Positions 25,957 to 41,570 of a stretch of 64,000 bases of DNA are shown piece after piece (position 1 is the stretch's first letter; each line of letters begins with the position of its first letter). Below the pieces are notes generated by a model, which saw nothing but the letters and a program-made list of their open reading frames with translations, had not been told where the DNA came from and did no database searches. The stretch lies in assembly GCA_002104945.1 (NCBI GenBank), contig MCFH01000015.1:682001-746000 (forward strand), in the 5' to 3' direction. Source of the DNA: Piromyces finnis finn. Taxonomy: Eukaryota; Fungi; Neocallimastigomycota. The translations under genes were made by a program, and so were the position numbers.

Positions 25957-28900
25957 TTTTTATTTATAAAATTTCAAATTTCAAATTTTATTTTTATTTA
26001 AAGGGAAAAAAAAAATTTTTTTTTTTTATTTTTATTTTATATTAAAATTTTATTTTTAAATACAATCAAATTAAAGAAAAGTTTTTTTTTTTTTTCTTCT
26101 TTCTTTTATTGCATTATTCATTGAATAATAATAATAAAAAAAAGAAAAGAAAAAGGAAAACTATTTATATAAAACAAAAACTACTTTTTTTATTTGTATG
26201 ATTAAAAAAATCCAATTTTTATAATTATAAAAAATTAAACTTTATGAATTTTTTTTTTTCAAAATCAGCAAAATTTAATATAGCTAAATTGCTTAACATT
26301 TTAATAATTTAATTAAAAAAAAAACTAAGCAAAAAAAAAAAAATGAACACTAAACAAACTAAAAATAATAAAAGAAATATTAATAAATAAATGAAATACT
26401 ATTTTACCTTTTCTTTAATCATTTGAGAAATAATAATAAAAAAAAAGTTTATATTCTTTCTTTTATTGTCAAAGTGTTCTTTTTTTCTTGTTTCCTTACC
26501 ACACCATCACCACCACCATCACCACCACCACCAGCATTAAAAAGTTTATTTTTTATTATTTCTTATTTTGTGGGAGATAAATTTTGTATGGTTTGCCATC
26601 TGTAACTTTAATGAAAATGTATACAATTGATGTTACGTTTTAATTTAAATAATATATGGAATATACCTGTTTTAATTTATTAAATTAAATGGCATGTAAT
26701 AATGTAAAATGTAATGTGTCATTTAAACTTTATTTACTAATAAAATTTGTTGTTTTATGGAATGGCATCTTTTTGATGGTTTCAATACCACCATCACCAC
26801 CACAGACTTTTAAAAGTATAAATGAGAATTAGAAATTGAAAATTATATTACTATACCACTATATTATCATAATATTATATTTTTATTTTATAAATAGTTA
26901 TAATTAGAAAGAATAATTATTATAAAAAAGTAAACTTATTCAATATACAACAGTGTGTAAAACCGTAGACCTAAATCAAATTTTAATGTGTGAAACTTAT
27001 TTGATAACAAATTCTACTAAACTACCGTATATCAATTATACTTTTTAAATAATAAGATAAAAAAAATACAATAATAACTATAGTTTAATGATAATATTAT
27101 TAAACTCTAGTTATTATAATCATAATTTTGTTATTTAACAATAGTAAAAGCAATAATAATAATAATTATAAATCATTAATAAAATAATGTAAATGCTTTG
27201 TCATTTGTATTTTATTTTTATTTTTTTTTTTATTAATAAAGGATCATGTATCCCTGTTAACAATATCCGGAATATTATGCAAAATTGTTCAGTGTACATA
27301 TACTACTTTGTTATAGCGTTTAAAAAATTCAAGACATACAAATAATATCTTTTAATATAATATTAAAAAAATGGTTTACCATTAAGAAGACGGTGATAAG
27401 ATTCCAATTAACAAAAAAAAAAAAAAAAATAGTTTTGAATAAGTATTAATATCATAAAAAATATGAAAATAAAAAAATTACTGTTAGTGATGAATTAAAA
27501 GAAAAAGGATGAATTAATGTTTATCCTAGATTTTTGACGATTTTAGCCAGACCTTTCTACCAGAAGAAATTTGACCTTTACCAGGTTTAATCAATGTAAA
27601 TTACAATGATCATGATTTATAATTTGTATAATAACCATTAAAAAAAAGGTATATTTTTAAAAAGTTAAAGGTATCGTGATTAATATTATGGCAAATGCTA
27701 TATTACAAATACAAATAAATACTAACTATTTTTAAAATGCATATATATAATGTATATTATTATGGCATAACAAATTACTGTAAATACTGCTTCAAATAAA
27801 ACAATTTCTTTTTTCATTCTTATTAGTGGAAAATTTATTTTGTTTATTTGATAAAACGTTCCCTTTTTTATTTTATTAATTACCTTTTTAATTCAATAAA
27901 CAGTCAGTCAAGTAGGTTTAATTCAAAAAAAAAAAAAAAAAAAAAAAGTATAGTTATGACAAAAAATAAATATATAATCTGAAATGAATTTAAAAAGAAA
28001 TAAAATATCACTAAATATTTGAAATGAACGAAAAATATAAAATATAAAAAAACTAATAAATAAATTAATCATTAGGTTTTCGAAATAAAAAAAAAAAAAG
28101 TAGTTTTCTTTTTATAATTATTATTGAATATTAATTAATTAATAATTAATAATATTTTAATAAAGTTTTATTTTTCTTTCTAATTAAATAATAAAGTTAT
28201 GTTAATGCCATTCAATTAAAACTTTTTTTTTAAAAAAAATATAGAATTTTATTATTAATTACTTATTGAATTAAAATGGATAAAGTATTTAAAGTATTTT
28301 AAAGTATATCAATCGATTATTCCATCAACATTTAAATGTATGTATAAAAAAAAAAAAAAAAGGCAGGAGATAAAGTTAGAAAGTTTTTTTTTAATTCATG
28401 ACTAATGTTTAAATAATTATAATTAGATTTATTATTAATAATGATCATGACATTATTAATTAGTAAAAAGAAAACCTTTATAATTTAAATAGAAATAGAA
28501 ATGAAGAGTTTTTTATTTAAATATAAAAAATTGAAAATTGTATTATTAATTATATATATTATTAAAAAAAAAGTTATAATATAAAATTAGACATAAAAAA
28601 ATATAATTAATAAAAAACTAATTAATCTATTATTTTATTAATGCATAAAAGTGTTTAATTGAAGATTTAAAACTTTTAAAAATAGTTTTATTTTTTAGTA
28701 TTTGTTGTGAAGATTAAATTAAATTAGCTTTATTATTTGATAAAATATATATTTATAAAACAAAACCAGTAAAACTAAAATATATAATTGAATAATCTTC
28801 TTTATTAACAACAACAACAATAACAGCAAAAAAGGAATGCCATTTATATTTTATAATTGCCTTTTTTCTTTTTTCTCTTTTTTTTATTTTTTAATTAAAC

Positions 28901-30273
28901 TATTAATTATTTAATTAATATAAAATTTTAATTAATTAAATTATTGAAATTTTAATACTTTTTTAAGAAGCAAGAATAACATAAATAAATAGTAATATTT
29001 AATATTAAAATAGTATAGATATACCTGTATAGATATAGAATGATTGTATTATTTAAATTAATGAGTTATTATTATTTTATAGTTTAGGTAAAGTCTACTT
29101 TTTTTATTCTTTTTTTTTTTTAAAAAGAATAGATCAAATATAAAATAAAATTAATATATAGAAAATACAATTTTCTTTATATTGTAATATATGTTTTTAA
29201 TATAAAATGAAATAAATTAACTTTTTTAATTATTTTTTTATTAATTAACTTTAAATTTTCAAAAAGTCGCTTTTTTTATCTTTTACCTACCTTTTTTTTT
29301 TTCTAAAAAAAAGAGTTAATTTAATAGTTTATCTTTCATTAATATATATATATATATATATATACTTTTATGCACTTTATAATTATATTACCGTTTATAT
29401 ATCCATATCATATAATATAAATGAATTTAACAACAACAACAAAAAAAAATTATTTTTTGAAAAATTTAAAGTAATATCTTATATAATATCTAATTTATTA
29501 TCAAAGAAGACTTGTAATATCTATAAACAACAATTTTTGAATAAAAACAAAAACAAAAACAAAAGAAATAACAACAACAAAATTGTTCCATTTATATATT
29601 TAATATTTTATTGTAAAAAAAAAAAAAAAGATTCCATAATTGTTCTTAAATATATTTAATATATGAAATGTACATACAATTCATCTGTAACAATTTCTTT
29701 TATTATATATGCATATTTATATAAAAAACTAAATACTATGAATAATGCCAAATATTAATTATCTATTATACCAATTTTTAAAAACTGAAATTCATTTATT
29801 AAAATCTTAAAAACAAATTTATTTTATTAATATAATATTTTAATTTATTTCACAACTGTAACATAATAATAATAAAAAAGATTCTTTAAAATAATTGATG
29901 AATTTAAAAAAAAAAAAAAAGAGGTTTCTTATATTTTTTTTATCGTAAACTTTATCTATACATATATTAATTGAAGATATCAATTAAACCATAATTATTA
30001 CTTTTTTGTTATTAACATTTTGTTAAACACTCAGTAAATAGCTGCTTCCATTAAACACTAAATTTCAAATATTTTTTTATATTTATATATAAAGGTATAA
30101 ATATAAATAATATCATTATTAAAGTCTATTAGAACTTTATTTATCATCATATTTTATTACATTCAAATATTGTAATATTAAATTATATATTTCTCTCCCC
30201 CTTAGTTACTCATTAAAAAAAATATCACTATTATCTCAACAACAACACCAACCAATTCTGAAATATAAAAGTA

Positions 30274-33200
30274 ATGTCAGATAAAGAACAAATAAATGAT
30301 ACAATGGAGATAACTGATAACAACAAGAATACTGCTCATGATTTTGATATCAATAATTATGTAAAAAATGAAAATAATAAACATTACAATATAGCATTGA
30401 ATTTTGATGTAATTCAGAAACTTCACCAAGTTAAAACCAATATTTCTGTCAATAATACCAATGCTAATACCAATGCTAATACCAATATTAATACTAATAA
30501 TAATACCAATATTAATACCAATACAAATGCTAATAATAATACTAGTATAATTAATAAAGACATTCCATCTACTTCAAGGACGGGTTCTTCATATGCTTCA
30601 TATATTGTAGGTGTGTCTTTAACCCTTGGACTATTAATTTTTATTTTGTCAACAGCAACAATATTATCCTATATACAAAAAAGAAAACATAGGGTAAGTA
30701 AACAAATGGGTTATCTCATTAGTGCAGTTAATAAATAAATAAATAAATCGGTGTAATGGATTATTAATATTATCTTTCCATATCATCCATATAAATTTTA
30801 ATAAAATTTATTAATTTTTTCCTAATCTTTTTTTTTTTTTCTTTGTATATAATATATATAAAATAAAATAAAAGAAATTTTTGGAATTAAAAGAAAAAGA
30901 GAGAAGAATAAAATTAGGTCAATCGGTACAATCATTAAAGTCAACCAATGATGTTTTAAATTTATTATCAGATACAACCAAGAGTGAAATAAATACACAT
31001 CCTTTTAGTGATGATAAAAATGTTCCACTGTTTCAAATTGGTATATACCCCAACTATAGTTATAAAGATTTAGAAAAGAAATTTAAACCAAAAAGCGAAA
31101 AGGATATTTCAACTTTATTCGAAGAATATAATAACCCTCCAAAATCAAATACACAACATAGTTTCACTAATAATAGTAATGTTGCTTCTTTCTTTAAAAA
31201 TTCTAGACTTTATTCTCAAACTTTACCTAGTGTTAATGATGTCACTGAAATGAATATAAGTAATAGCCATGGTATGGGTTATACTCATGGATCTAGTAAT
31301 GGCATTCCATCTGGTTCTTCAACTCTTCATCATTCTCAAAATTATAGTGGTCGTCATAATAGTAGTCCAAGTTATAGTCAAACCCAAAGTGAAAGTTGTA
31401 CCGAAAGTATGGATGAAAGTTATGATGAATGTGTAACCGGTGATCCTGATAAAAGTGTTAGTTTAAGTCAAAGTATTTTTACAGCTTTAAAACAAAAACA
31501 TAGTTTAAGGTAATTACTAATATTTATATAGTAGGGAAAAATAAAAAAAAAAAGATTTTATAATATTTATTTTTATAAATAATAATAATACCATCAATAT
31601 ATATATATAAGTAAAATTGAAGAAAAAGTTTAAATATTCATCTTTTATTTTTGACCCCCCCTTTTTTTTTTAAATAAATAAATAAATAAATTTATATAGG
31701 GAGAGTTACAAAACAAAAATAGGTATGGATTTAATGAATATATCTTACAATAAAAATGAGTCATTTTCTCACGATCCATCAGATATAAGTCGATTTTCCG
31801 CTATCGAAGAAGATAGTGAACCATTACCATATTATTCATTGGATATGTCAGAAAGTGAAAATTATAATACAGAAATTTCTGATTCAATGGATGAAATCGG
31901 CGATTTAACAATGCAAACAATGACATCCCGGTATTCGAGAGCAAAAACTGATGACATGAATACTTCATTTTCACCTTCATTTATAATTGCTTCGGAAAAA
32001 GTTATGAATGATAATACTGATTCAATTTTGAAAGATATTAATAATCAAAGCTATTTTGATAACCCTAGTAAAAAACAAAGTTTCCCTACTGTATCAGTTT
32101 TGAATACTACTACAGAAGGGATTAATTTTTCAAAGAAACCATCTCCTTATGTCAGTATTAATAACTTTAATGATCGATTAAAAACTAAACAATCTAATGA
32201 ATCCTTATCTACTACTATCTCATCCATATCGAATGTTCGCTCATTATATAATTTAGCGCCATCAATCTATGATAATTATTCGTTAGATGAAGATAGCACG
32301 GATATGGAAGAAGAAAACCACGAGAATAGCAATTTAAGAAATAATAGTTCTGCTATAAAGAACTCGAATAATATGACAACATCAGGAAATCCAATACAAA
32401 GTACACCAATTCAAAGAAATTCCTCCTCGAATAATTTACTATCAAGTCCACAACAAATAATAAAATCTTCCTATTCCTATAATAACAATACCAATAATTA
32501 TAGCAATAATAACAACAACAATAATAGTAGTTATATAAATAGTCCACCAAATGAAATTAGAAATGAACATTTATCAGGAAATAATTATCCAAACACTTCT
32601 TCAAAGCAAAGTATTATTTCACCTCATCTTTCAGAAAGACATAATTCATATCTTGAAAACAATAACATAAATAATACTCACCCTTCAATGGCTTCTGAAA
32701 AAAATGAACTTCCTAATCATTGTACATCTAATGAACATCATAGTCGTAATTATTTGTCATCATCATCAAGAATTATTAATAAAACCAATAAATCAAGTCA
32801 TGGAAATGGTAGTACAGTTGAAGATAAAAATGATAAAAATAAATCAAATCAATCCACTAGTGAAATTAAAAGAACTTCCTATAATAATATGCTTTTGGAA
32901 ATTCATAAAATTGAAAAAGAAAATGTAATAAATAGTGAATCTACAGGAGAAAGTACTGATGTTGACAGTTCCTTCCAAAATAATTCACATTATAATCATA
33001 ATCTAAGTCATTCCATGAGTCTTTATAATTCTATTCAAGAAAAAAGTCAACATTTACATTCTCAATCCATTAGAATCCCTACTAAGGATGATGCTTACAG
33101 TTACAATTCAAATCAACACAATCATCCTTCAAGCCTAAATCATAGTTCAAGTTTCATTAATACTAAACAAAATGAAAGTATGATTTCAAATAAAAATGGT

Positions 33201-34744
33201 CTATCGAGTAATTCTTATCATCAAAATAGTCATCAATATCCTACGTATTCATCCCAAAATTCATTAACTCCTTCTTTACCATCCAAGAATTGTAATGAAT
33301 CCTACATAAAAAGTGAATCTTTTATTCCATCACCTGTATCCAATACCCAAACTGAAAATGAAAATAATGGTACAACTATTTATTTTAATATATACATATA
33401 TTTAGATATACAGATATACATAAATACAGATATACATAAATATATATATTAATACTCTTTTTTTTTTTTTTATTTATTTAAAAAAAATTAGATTGCCAAG
33501 AAGATGATGAAGCAAGTGAATCTTTTACAACTTCAACCTATAGTAATAGTCAATCTATAAGTAAATCTGATATATTTTTATTAAATTCTCCAACATTAAA
33601 AACAGCTATTAAAAAGAAAATCAGCTCAAGAAAAAAAAGTGATGAAAGAATTGGTAATCGCTATCATTATCCAGCTCTCTGTCAAAAATCATTCAAGGCT
33701 CAATGTACTTATATGCCAAAAAATAGTAAAAAGGTTCCTATTAATTATGGTGATATTATTAAGATTTTCCAAATATATGATGATGGTTGGGCGTATGGTC
33801 GTGTAGAATCTATGAAAGATTACTCCTTTAAAGAAGGTCTTTTCCCTGTCATTGAAATGATAGAACAAGGTGGATTAAAAGAAATATATCCTCAAGAAAC
33901 TTCTCATGTATCAACTAAAAGTAATCATAGTAATCATAGTATTACAGAAGATGAAAATCCAAATCCAAATCCTAGTGTTCATCCTACTCCAAATCAAAAT
34001 CCAATCGTTATTCCTTCCCTTTCTTCTCCTTCATTACATGAGGATTCAATTTCAAAACGTCCTTCAAAAACCTCTTCACCAAAAACCATTTCTACGACTA
34101 CCACACATCATACAAATACTTCCAATGGAACATCCTATACCTATAATAGTAAAAATAATGATGATAAAAAAAATACATCAATCATTAGTAGTAATGCTTA
34201 TCCACCCCAATACAAAGGTCCAGTGAAACAAAATTCCCTTATCATTCCACATCCTAAAAATTACGGATCAAGTATCAATTATTCATCCTCTCCTAAACAA
34301 AAAACTTTAGGTATTGGAGAGGATAGAGAAGAAATGAATAGTCAAAGTAATAAGCATAATATTAATAGTATTCCGTCTAATTCTAATCATGAGAATGGTA
34401 ATAAATATGTTAAACAAAGTAGCTTTTACATTAAACAACCCTATTCTCCAGTTCAACAATCACAATCAACAGTTCCAGTTTCACCGACTTTCTCAACACA
34501 TCCTAGTTCACCACTACCACATCAACAACCACAACAACAACCACAATCATTATCACCTATGTCACCAAATCCTTCCCCTCAATATCAACTAGATAGGATT
34601 AATTCTAATATACGTGATATTCGAGCCATACTTGATCGTGGTGGTATTGATAAAGGTACCCGAAAGGCTTTACAAGATCGTCTTGACAAATTAGAATTAG
34701 AAAAACAGAAAAACTATTCACAGATACTTGTTCATCAAAAATAA
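30274..34744 (+). CDS. Single-pass membrane protein with long Ser/Asn-rich cytoplasmic region and divergent SH3 domain
   Basis: Phase-compatible exons 30274-30693, 30875-31509, 31700-33369 and 33492-34744. TM IVGVSLTLGLLIFILSTATILSYI. SH3-like FKAQCTYMPKNSKKVPINYGDIIKIFQIYDDGWAYGRV..EGLFP. Confidence 0.8.
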
Positions 34745-35893
34745 AATGAAAAGGATTTTTGTTTTTTTTGTTTTTTTCTTCTCTCACTTCCATTTTTATA
34801 TATAAAAAAAAGGGGGGGATTCTCTAGGAAAATATCTATTTTAATAGAAAAAATTTTTTATTTATTTATATCAATTAACTATTGAAATGAAATGATGTAT
34901 ATTTCATAATTTATTTTTTATTTAATATTATTTTCCTTCCTTTTTTATTAAAAAATTTTTGTTATTTTATTAAGTATCTATCTCTTTGTCTCTTTTTTTT
35001 TGTTTTTTGTCTCTTTTTTTTTTTTTTTTTTTTTTTGCTTATTTCTTTTTTTTTTTTTTTTTTTTTTTGTATTCATTTTTATTTTTGAAATTTTTTAATT
35101 TTGTTTTGTTTCTTTTATTCTTTCACAAATATTTAAAAACGAGATATCATTATGTAAATTTAATATCTAAAAAAATAATTATTAATAAAATCATTAAATA
35201 TATCCTTCCTTTTTTTTTTTTTTTTTTTAAAAAAGAGTATTAAATAAAAAATAATAATTAAAAACAAAAACGATAAAAGATTTTAAATAATAGTTATGAA
35301 ATATTATTTTTATTATTTTTTAATGGCAGTAAATGAAAATAATATTAGTAAATATAAATCTCAATTGGAATATGAGAATAATAATAAAAAAAAGATAAAT
35401 ATTGAATGTTTCATTAGTGTAATATTCAATTATTTCTTTTTTATTTTATTTTACTTTAGAATCACTATTGACCCTTAATAAAAAATATTTATTACTAAAA
35501 TGCTAAAATGGAATATATATATATATATATAAGAAAAAAAAATTATTATTAAAAAAGGTAGAAAACTAAAGAATAAAAGTTTTTTTTTTTTTAAATATTT
35601 ATTTTATAATTATTTTCATTATTACTATTTTTTTTTTTAAAGAATAAGATATAGATATATATTTTAATACTATTTGCTTTGTTTTGCTTCTTTAAAAAAT
35701 AATACATTTTTTTAATAATTTATATTTTTACACTATTTTTAATAAATGATGGTTTGTTTTTTAATTTTATTTTATTTTATTTTTTTTTTTTATATTAATA
35801 ATTACAAAAAAAAAAAAAAAAAAATAATAATAATAATAATAATTTGTAAAGGTATGAGAAAACTATATGTAACATTTTTCGCTTTTTCTTTTT

Positions 35894-35925
<32 letters not shown>

Positions 35926-36114
35926 TTTTCCTTCACATTATTTATTGTATTAATAAATATATTAAATTAGATAGTTTTTTTTTTCTCGTTTGTTTTTGCT
36001 TATAAAAATAATAGTAACATACCAAATATTTTTTTTTTTAAAGATTATCATTTTTATTTTCTATTTACTTTTACATATATTCCATTATTGAATTTTATTA
36101 TCAATTGGATGACT

Positions 36115-38895
36115 TTAATCATCATCGTCTTCAAAATTTTTTTCCTCTTCTTTTTCTTCTTCTTCGGTTTTATTGATTGGGGAAGGTGACTTATCAGAGG
36201 AGGAGGTTGGACTAATGCCTAATTCTTCATAAAATTCTTTTAATGAATCTGAAATGGAAATGTTAGATTTTATTGTATTCTTCTTTTGTAATTCATCGTT
36301 AAGGGAATCAAATTTTTCAAGCATTTGCTTGTATTCTTGAACTTCATCATCAATATCAGTGGTATTGTTATCTTTTAAGACTTCGTCATTTGTATTAGTG
36401 ACATCATTGTCTTCAACAACGTCATCACTATTAGCCTTGATGGTGTTGGATGGTTCAATGGTACAAGAATCATCATTATCATTGTTGTCATCGACCTTGG
36501 CATGAATGGTATTTTCATGTTCAAGTTCAACTTCATCATCTACTTCTTCCTTCTTTGGCTCATTTTCCTCTTCGGATTCACTTTCATCACTTGAAGTATC
36601 ACTTTCAGTTTTAACATTATTTCTTCTTGTTTTACGTCTTTCAATATCGGCAATTTCTTCTGCCTTCTTAGCATCACGAGCTTCCTTTAGTATTTGGATG
36701 GTCTTCATACGTTTAATATCTTCTTCTTTAACAGTTTCCATTTTTTGAATACGTTCATTAATATCACTATATTCATTTAATAATTTTTCAAATTCATCAT
36801 CATCATCTAAAATATTAATGTCAACACCAAGTATATTAAAGGATTCTTCGTTAAAGTTATAGACTGGCTTATCATCGTCATCATCATCATCATCGTCATC
36901 ATCATCGTCATCATCAACATCATCTTCTTCTTCTTCTTTTTCTTCTTCATCATCGCCTTCATTATTTTCATCATTTCCATTATTTCCATTATCATTTTCT
37001 TCTTCTACATCTAGTGGTTCTTCAACATTTTGTTGTTTTTCTTCTTCACCATTAATAATATCTTCTTCTTCATGATTAGCTGTGTCATTAATACTAGCAG
37101 CAGTAACAGCAGCAGCACCAACAGCAGTAGCTGCGACGGCAGCAGATAATTTCTTAGTGTATTTATCTTTTTCTGGAAGTTTAGGTGTTTTTTTCTTTAA
37201 TTCCATATCTGAATAATTGGTATTTGGTGTATAATTCTTTTTGGTTTGGAAATTCTTAAATTTAATATTAGATCTATCATAATTCTTTTGTAATTTATGA
37301 TTCATGTAATATCTGTTTTTACGAATGATTATTTCTTTTCTTGGATTGTTTCCTGTTAATTGACCAAAATTAAAACCACATTCAACTGGTCCTTGTTGAT
37401 CAGTTAATATAATATCATCATTAGTAACAACCAAAGAAGGTCTCTTACCGCCAGCAATATAACTTTTTGGTGGATTACTGTTTTTTCTGATGTATTTCAA
37501 ACTGAAACCAAAATCTTCATCACCATTATTTTCATTCATATTATTCATGTTATTTTCCGTATTATTTAAAGAATGAATACTACTGATGCTATTAGGTCTT
37601 TCTTCTGGTTTATAGTTACTTGTTGGACCTAAGGATGGGGAATTCATTTGAGGAATACTGCTCATATTGTTTGGTCTTCCCAATGAATTAAAGCTACCAC
37701 TTAATCTATTCATTTGGGATGGACCCAAGGATGGGGAACTCATTTGAGGAATACTGTTCATATTGTTTGGTCTTCCCAATGAATTAAAGTTACCACTTAA
37801 TCTATTCATTTGGGATGGACCCAAGGATGGGGAACTCATTTGAGGAATACTGTTCATATTGTTTGGTCTTCCCAATGAATTAAAGTTACCACTTAATCTA
37901 TTCATTTGGGATGGATTCATGGATGGGGAATAAACTTGAGAAATATCACTATGAACAGAATTAGATTTATTTGGGTGGTTAAGAGAAGGATTTTGTGATG
38001 AAATAGATGAATTATTAATTGATGGTTGAACACCATTTGAAGAAGCAATGGTAGAACCAAGGTACTCATGGAAAAGATTTAATTGTCTTTGATGATCAGC
38101 AGCTAATTGCTTATTTTCATTTGCATGTTTTTCCTTTAAATTATGAAATTGCTGTCTTTTTTCACTATGAGATATAGAATCGTCGTTTTGCATTTTTTCA
38201 GACCAAGCTTTGAATTCATTTATTTGTTTTGAGTTCAAATTGACTCTTTGGTTATGTTGTTTCATCTTAAGACGTTTTTCTAATTGATTCATAATCTCTT
38301 CTTGTGGAAGAGTTAAATCTGGTGATGGAATATCACTTAAAATTTGACTTAATTCATCAGGAATATCTGGTAAAACGGAACTTGAATTTGTTTTTTGAAA
38401 ATTATCATGATTACTAATAATACTGTTACTTGGAACATTTTGATTCATAGAATCGTAATTATTATAGGAATCCGCAGTATTCATAGAACTGGTATTATTA
38501 TTATTTAGTTGATAATTGTTATTGTTATTACGATTAAAAATAGCTGGATTTAAAAAGGATGGTAAATGACCAATATTGGCATTATTATTCATTTGATTGT
38601 TATTCATATTATTATTGATATTATTATTGTTGTTTTGATTTCTTAAAACGTTTATTCTATTATTAGGAACACGACCTGGACGAGGAAGACCATTATTATC
38701 ACTATTATTATTATTCATTGAATTTTGGGAGGTGTAGCTACCATATACACTTGGTGGTAATACAAAGCCATAGTTACTACCTTGTATACCAGAACTATTA
38801 TTTATAGTATTATTTAAATTATTATCATAATTATTATCATTATAATTATTATCATTATAATTATTATTATTATTATTATTATTATTATAGTTATA

Positions 38896-38928
<33 letters not shown>

Positions 38929-38948
38929 ATTATTATTATTATAGTTAT

Positions 38949-38979
<31 letters not shown>

Positions 38980-40573
38980 ATAATTATTATTATAATTATT
39001 ATTATTATAATTATTAATATCATTATAGTTATTATTGTGCATATTATCAATAGTTTGTTGATTAAGTATTTTCATATCAGTTGGTGAACTACTTAATTGT
39101 GTATTTCCAATTATACTGTCATTATGATCAACGTTGTCATCATTATTAGTATTCAAATCATAATAATCTCCACTGTTATTATTTAATACAAAACCAGTTT
39201 CACTTAGGTAATTGCCATGATTGTCATATTCATCAATATATTTTGGTTTGGTAGTAATAAAGTCAGGATCAGTTCTATATTTATAATATTAATATATAAG
39301 TATATGCATAAATATTAACAAAGTGTAAAAAAAAAAAAAAATATGGCTTTATTTGAAAAGTTTAATGATAATAATTTAAATCTTACTCATTTTCTTCATA
39401 CTATGATATTTATATATGAAATTATGAAATTATAAAAAAGAGAAATTTATTAATAAAAGAATAATAGGTATAAAAACTAGTATATTTTAAATATTTGAAT
39501 TTTAAACTATTAAATATTATTAACTAACTTTATCTTCTTCAACATATTTTCCAATAATATGAATTTCACTATTAAAACAGGTATATATTAGTATTAATAA
39601 TATATTTAACATTTTAATAAATATCTTTATAAATTATTTCATTTTCTTTCTTTCTTTTTTTTTTTTACCCCATAAAAATAAACTTTTCTATTAAATTTTT
39701 AAATAAGAAAAAAAAAAAAAAAGTTATTGCATTTAATATTATATATATCAGTATTATTTTATTCTATATATATATTTACTTACTTTTATTTTTCATATAA
39801 AATGGAAACCAATTATCCAATTTTTCTAATTTTAATATAAAATAAATTTCAATAAGTTAATAATTTAAATATAGTTTTTTAAAATGGTATTAATTACCTT
39901 GATCTTTGAAAGATATAATTCCAATTCTAGAATCTCCGAGAATGCATTCTTCTTTAATTTCGTTGTTATAAACAAGTAATACAAAAGAATACTCATCTTT
40001 TTGAAGATGAAATTCAAATACTTCATTCCATTCTATTTTTTTATATTTAATAATGGTAATTTTGTTTATTATTATAAAAATTTCTTATCAGACTATGTTT
40101 ATATTTATATTTATAATATATATAAACTTTATTTACTTGCTGATTCCTCGATATTAATTTTAATTGGTTTTGTTGAACAACTTCCACCTTTAAATTTTAA
40201 TTGAACTATTGGAGTTATTTCAGTCAATGTATTTGATTCTTCACCTTTTTTACTTTTTTTATCTTTATTTATATATATATACCAAGATTTTTAAAATGTT
40301 TTAGACATTATTATAATTGTTATTATAATATTATTAATATTTAAATTAACATAAACAATCTACCTTTTGTTGTTGGAGATTGGAATCTTTGTCCTTCAAC
40401 AACTTCAACAAGAGTATAATAAAAAAAAATAAAAAAAAAAATAAAAATAAAAAAATTATTTCTCGGTTACTTTAATTCAAAATATTAAATTCTTTTTATA
40501 AAAATAATATTATTTATTTAGTAATTCAAAAGTATTTTTAGTATTTACCTTTAATTTTTAAATATCCACTCAT
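36115..40573 (-). CDS. C2-domain protein with Asn-rich region, 32-aa tandem repeat and acidic coiled-coil tail
   Basis: Eight phase-compatible exons from the ATG at 40573. Small exons near 40549, 40350, 40140, 39900, 39790 and 39530, a 14-nt microexon near 39390, and a large exon from ~39275 to 36115. Spliced N-terminus MSGYLKIKVVEGQRF..TPIVQLKF..SAKWNEVFEFHL..FVLLVYNNE..CILGDSRIGI..NWFPF gives a C2 strand pattern. The ORF-track TTG start at 39156 is internal. Confidence 0.75.
37625..37918 (-). repeat. Three near-identical 96-bp coding repeats (MNRLSGNFNSLGRPNNMNSIPQMSSPSLGPSQ)
   Basis: GGACC anchors at 37625, 37721 and 37817 give a period of 96. Confidence 0.95.
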
Positions 40574-41460
40574 TTTCCTCAAAAATAATTAGATAAATGT
40601 TATAAACCTCTTTTTTTTTTTTTTTTTTTTTGATATTTCAAAATAATAATTAATAATCAATAAAAACATTGTTAAAAATCTCAATATAAATTAGATAAAT
40701 ATATAATAAAATGGATTAAACATATTTACTTATATATCAATAAATAATAGAGTAGGTTGCTTTTTGTTAAGTTTATTATTATTATTATTTGTTGTTGTTG
40801 TTGTTGTTTTTATTCTTATTTTTGTTAAAAGATTTTAATAATAATCAATAAATTTATTTCTTATGAAATGTTGAAATATTTATACAAAAATAAATATTTA
40901 ATTTATAAATTTAATTAATAAAAGTTATTATTGTTTATAGTAACTCTTTTTTTAAAAATAAATTCTTTTATGTTTACTAATTAAAGTAAAATTAAAAAAA
41001 AAAATAATTTCTTTTCTTTCTTTTTTTATACTATTAAATAGTTTCCTTTTTAAATGTTTTTCAAAGAAAAACTTTTTGTAGTACGGTCAGTTCTAATGAA
41101 CCAAAATAAAGTTAAGTAAATGAATAATTAAATAAATAATAACAAATTAAGTGAATGAATAGATAATAATTAAATTAAAATATTATAGGAATAATATACT
41201 TTAAATAAATTAAATTAATTAATTATTATATATTATTTTGTTTGATGTTTTTATTAAACTTTTTTTTCTTATTCAAGCTGTAACAAACTATTATTATATA
41301 CCATTAATTTTCATTGAAATACTATACAAGCTATCACTTTTTTTTTATTAATTATATACTTAATAATAATAAAAAATAATATGATAATAATAAATCAATA
41401 ATATAGTTTTTATATTTTTTATTTATTAAAGACATAAAATTTATTTTTCACTTCTTTTTT

Positions 41461-41471
41461 ACCACTACTAC

Positions 41472-41539
<68 letters not shown>

Positions 41540-41570
41540 GTAATAGTAGTAGTAGTAGTAGTAGTAGTAT
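41461..41570 (+). repeat. (ATT)n/(AGT)n microsatellite
   Basis: Direct reading of the sequence. Confidence 0.9.

Noticed and set aside
26480-27620. GC-richer patches with CCA/CAC repeats, a VCGGDGG string and an LPEEI*PLPGL string
   Set aside because: Scattered fragments with stops and frameshifts. Possibly a decayed gene, but there is no consistent family assignment.
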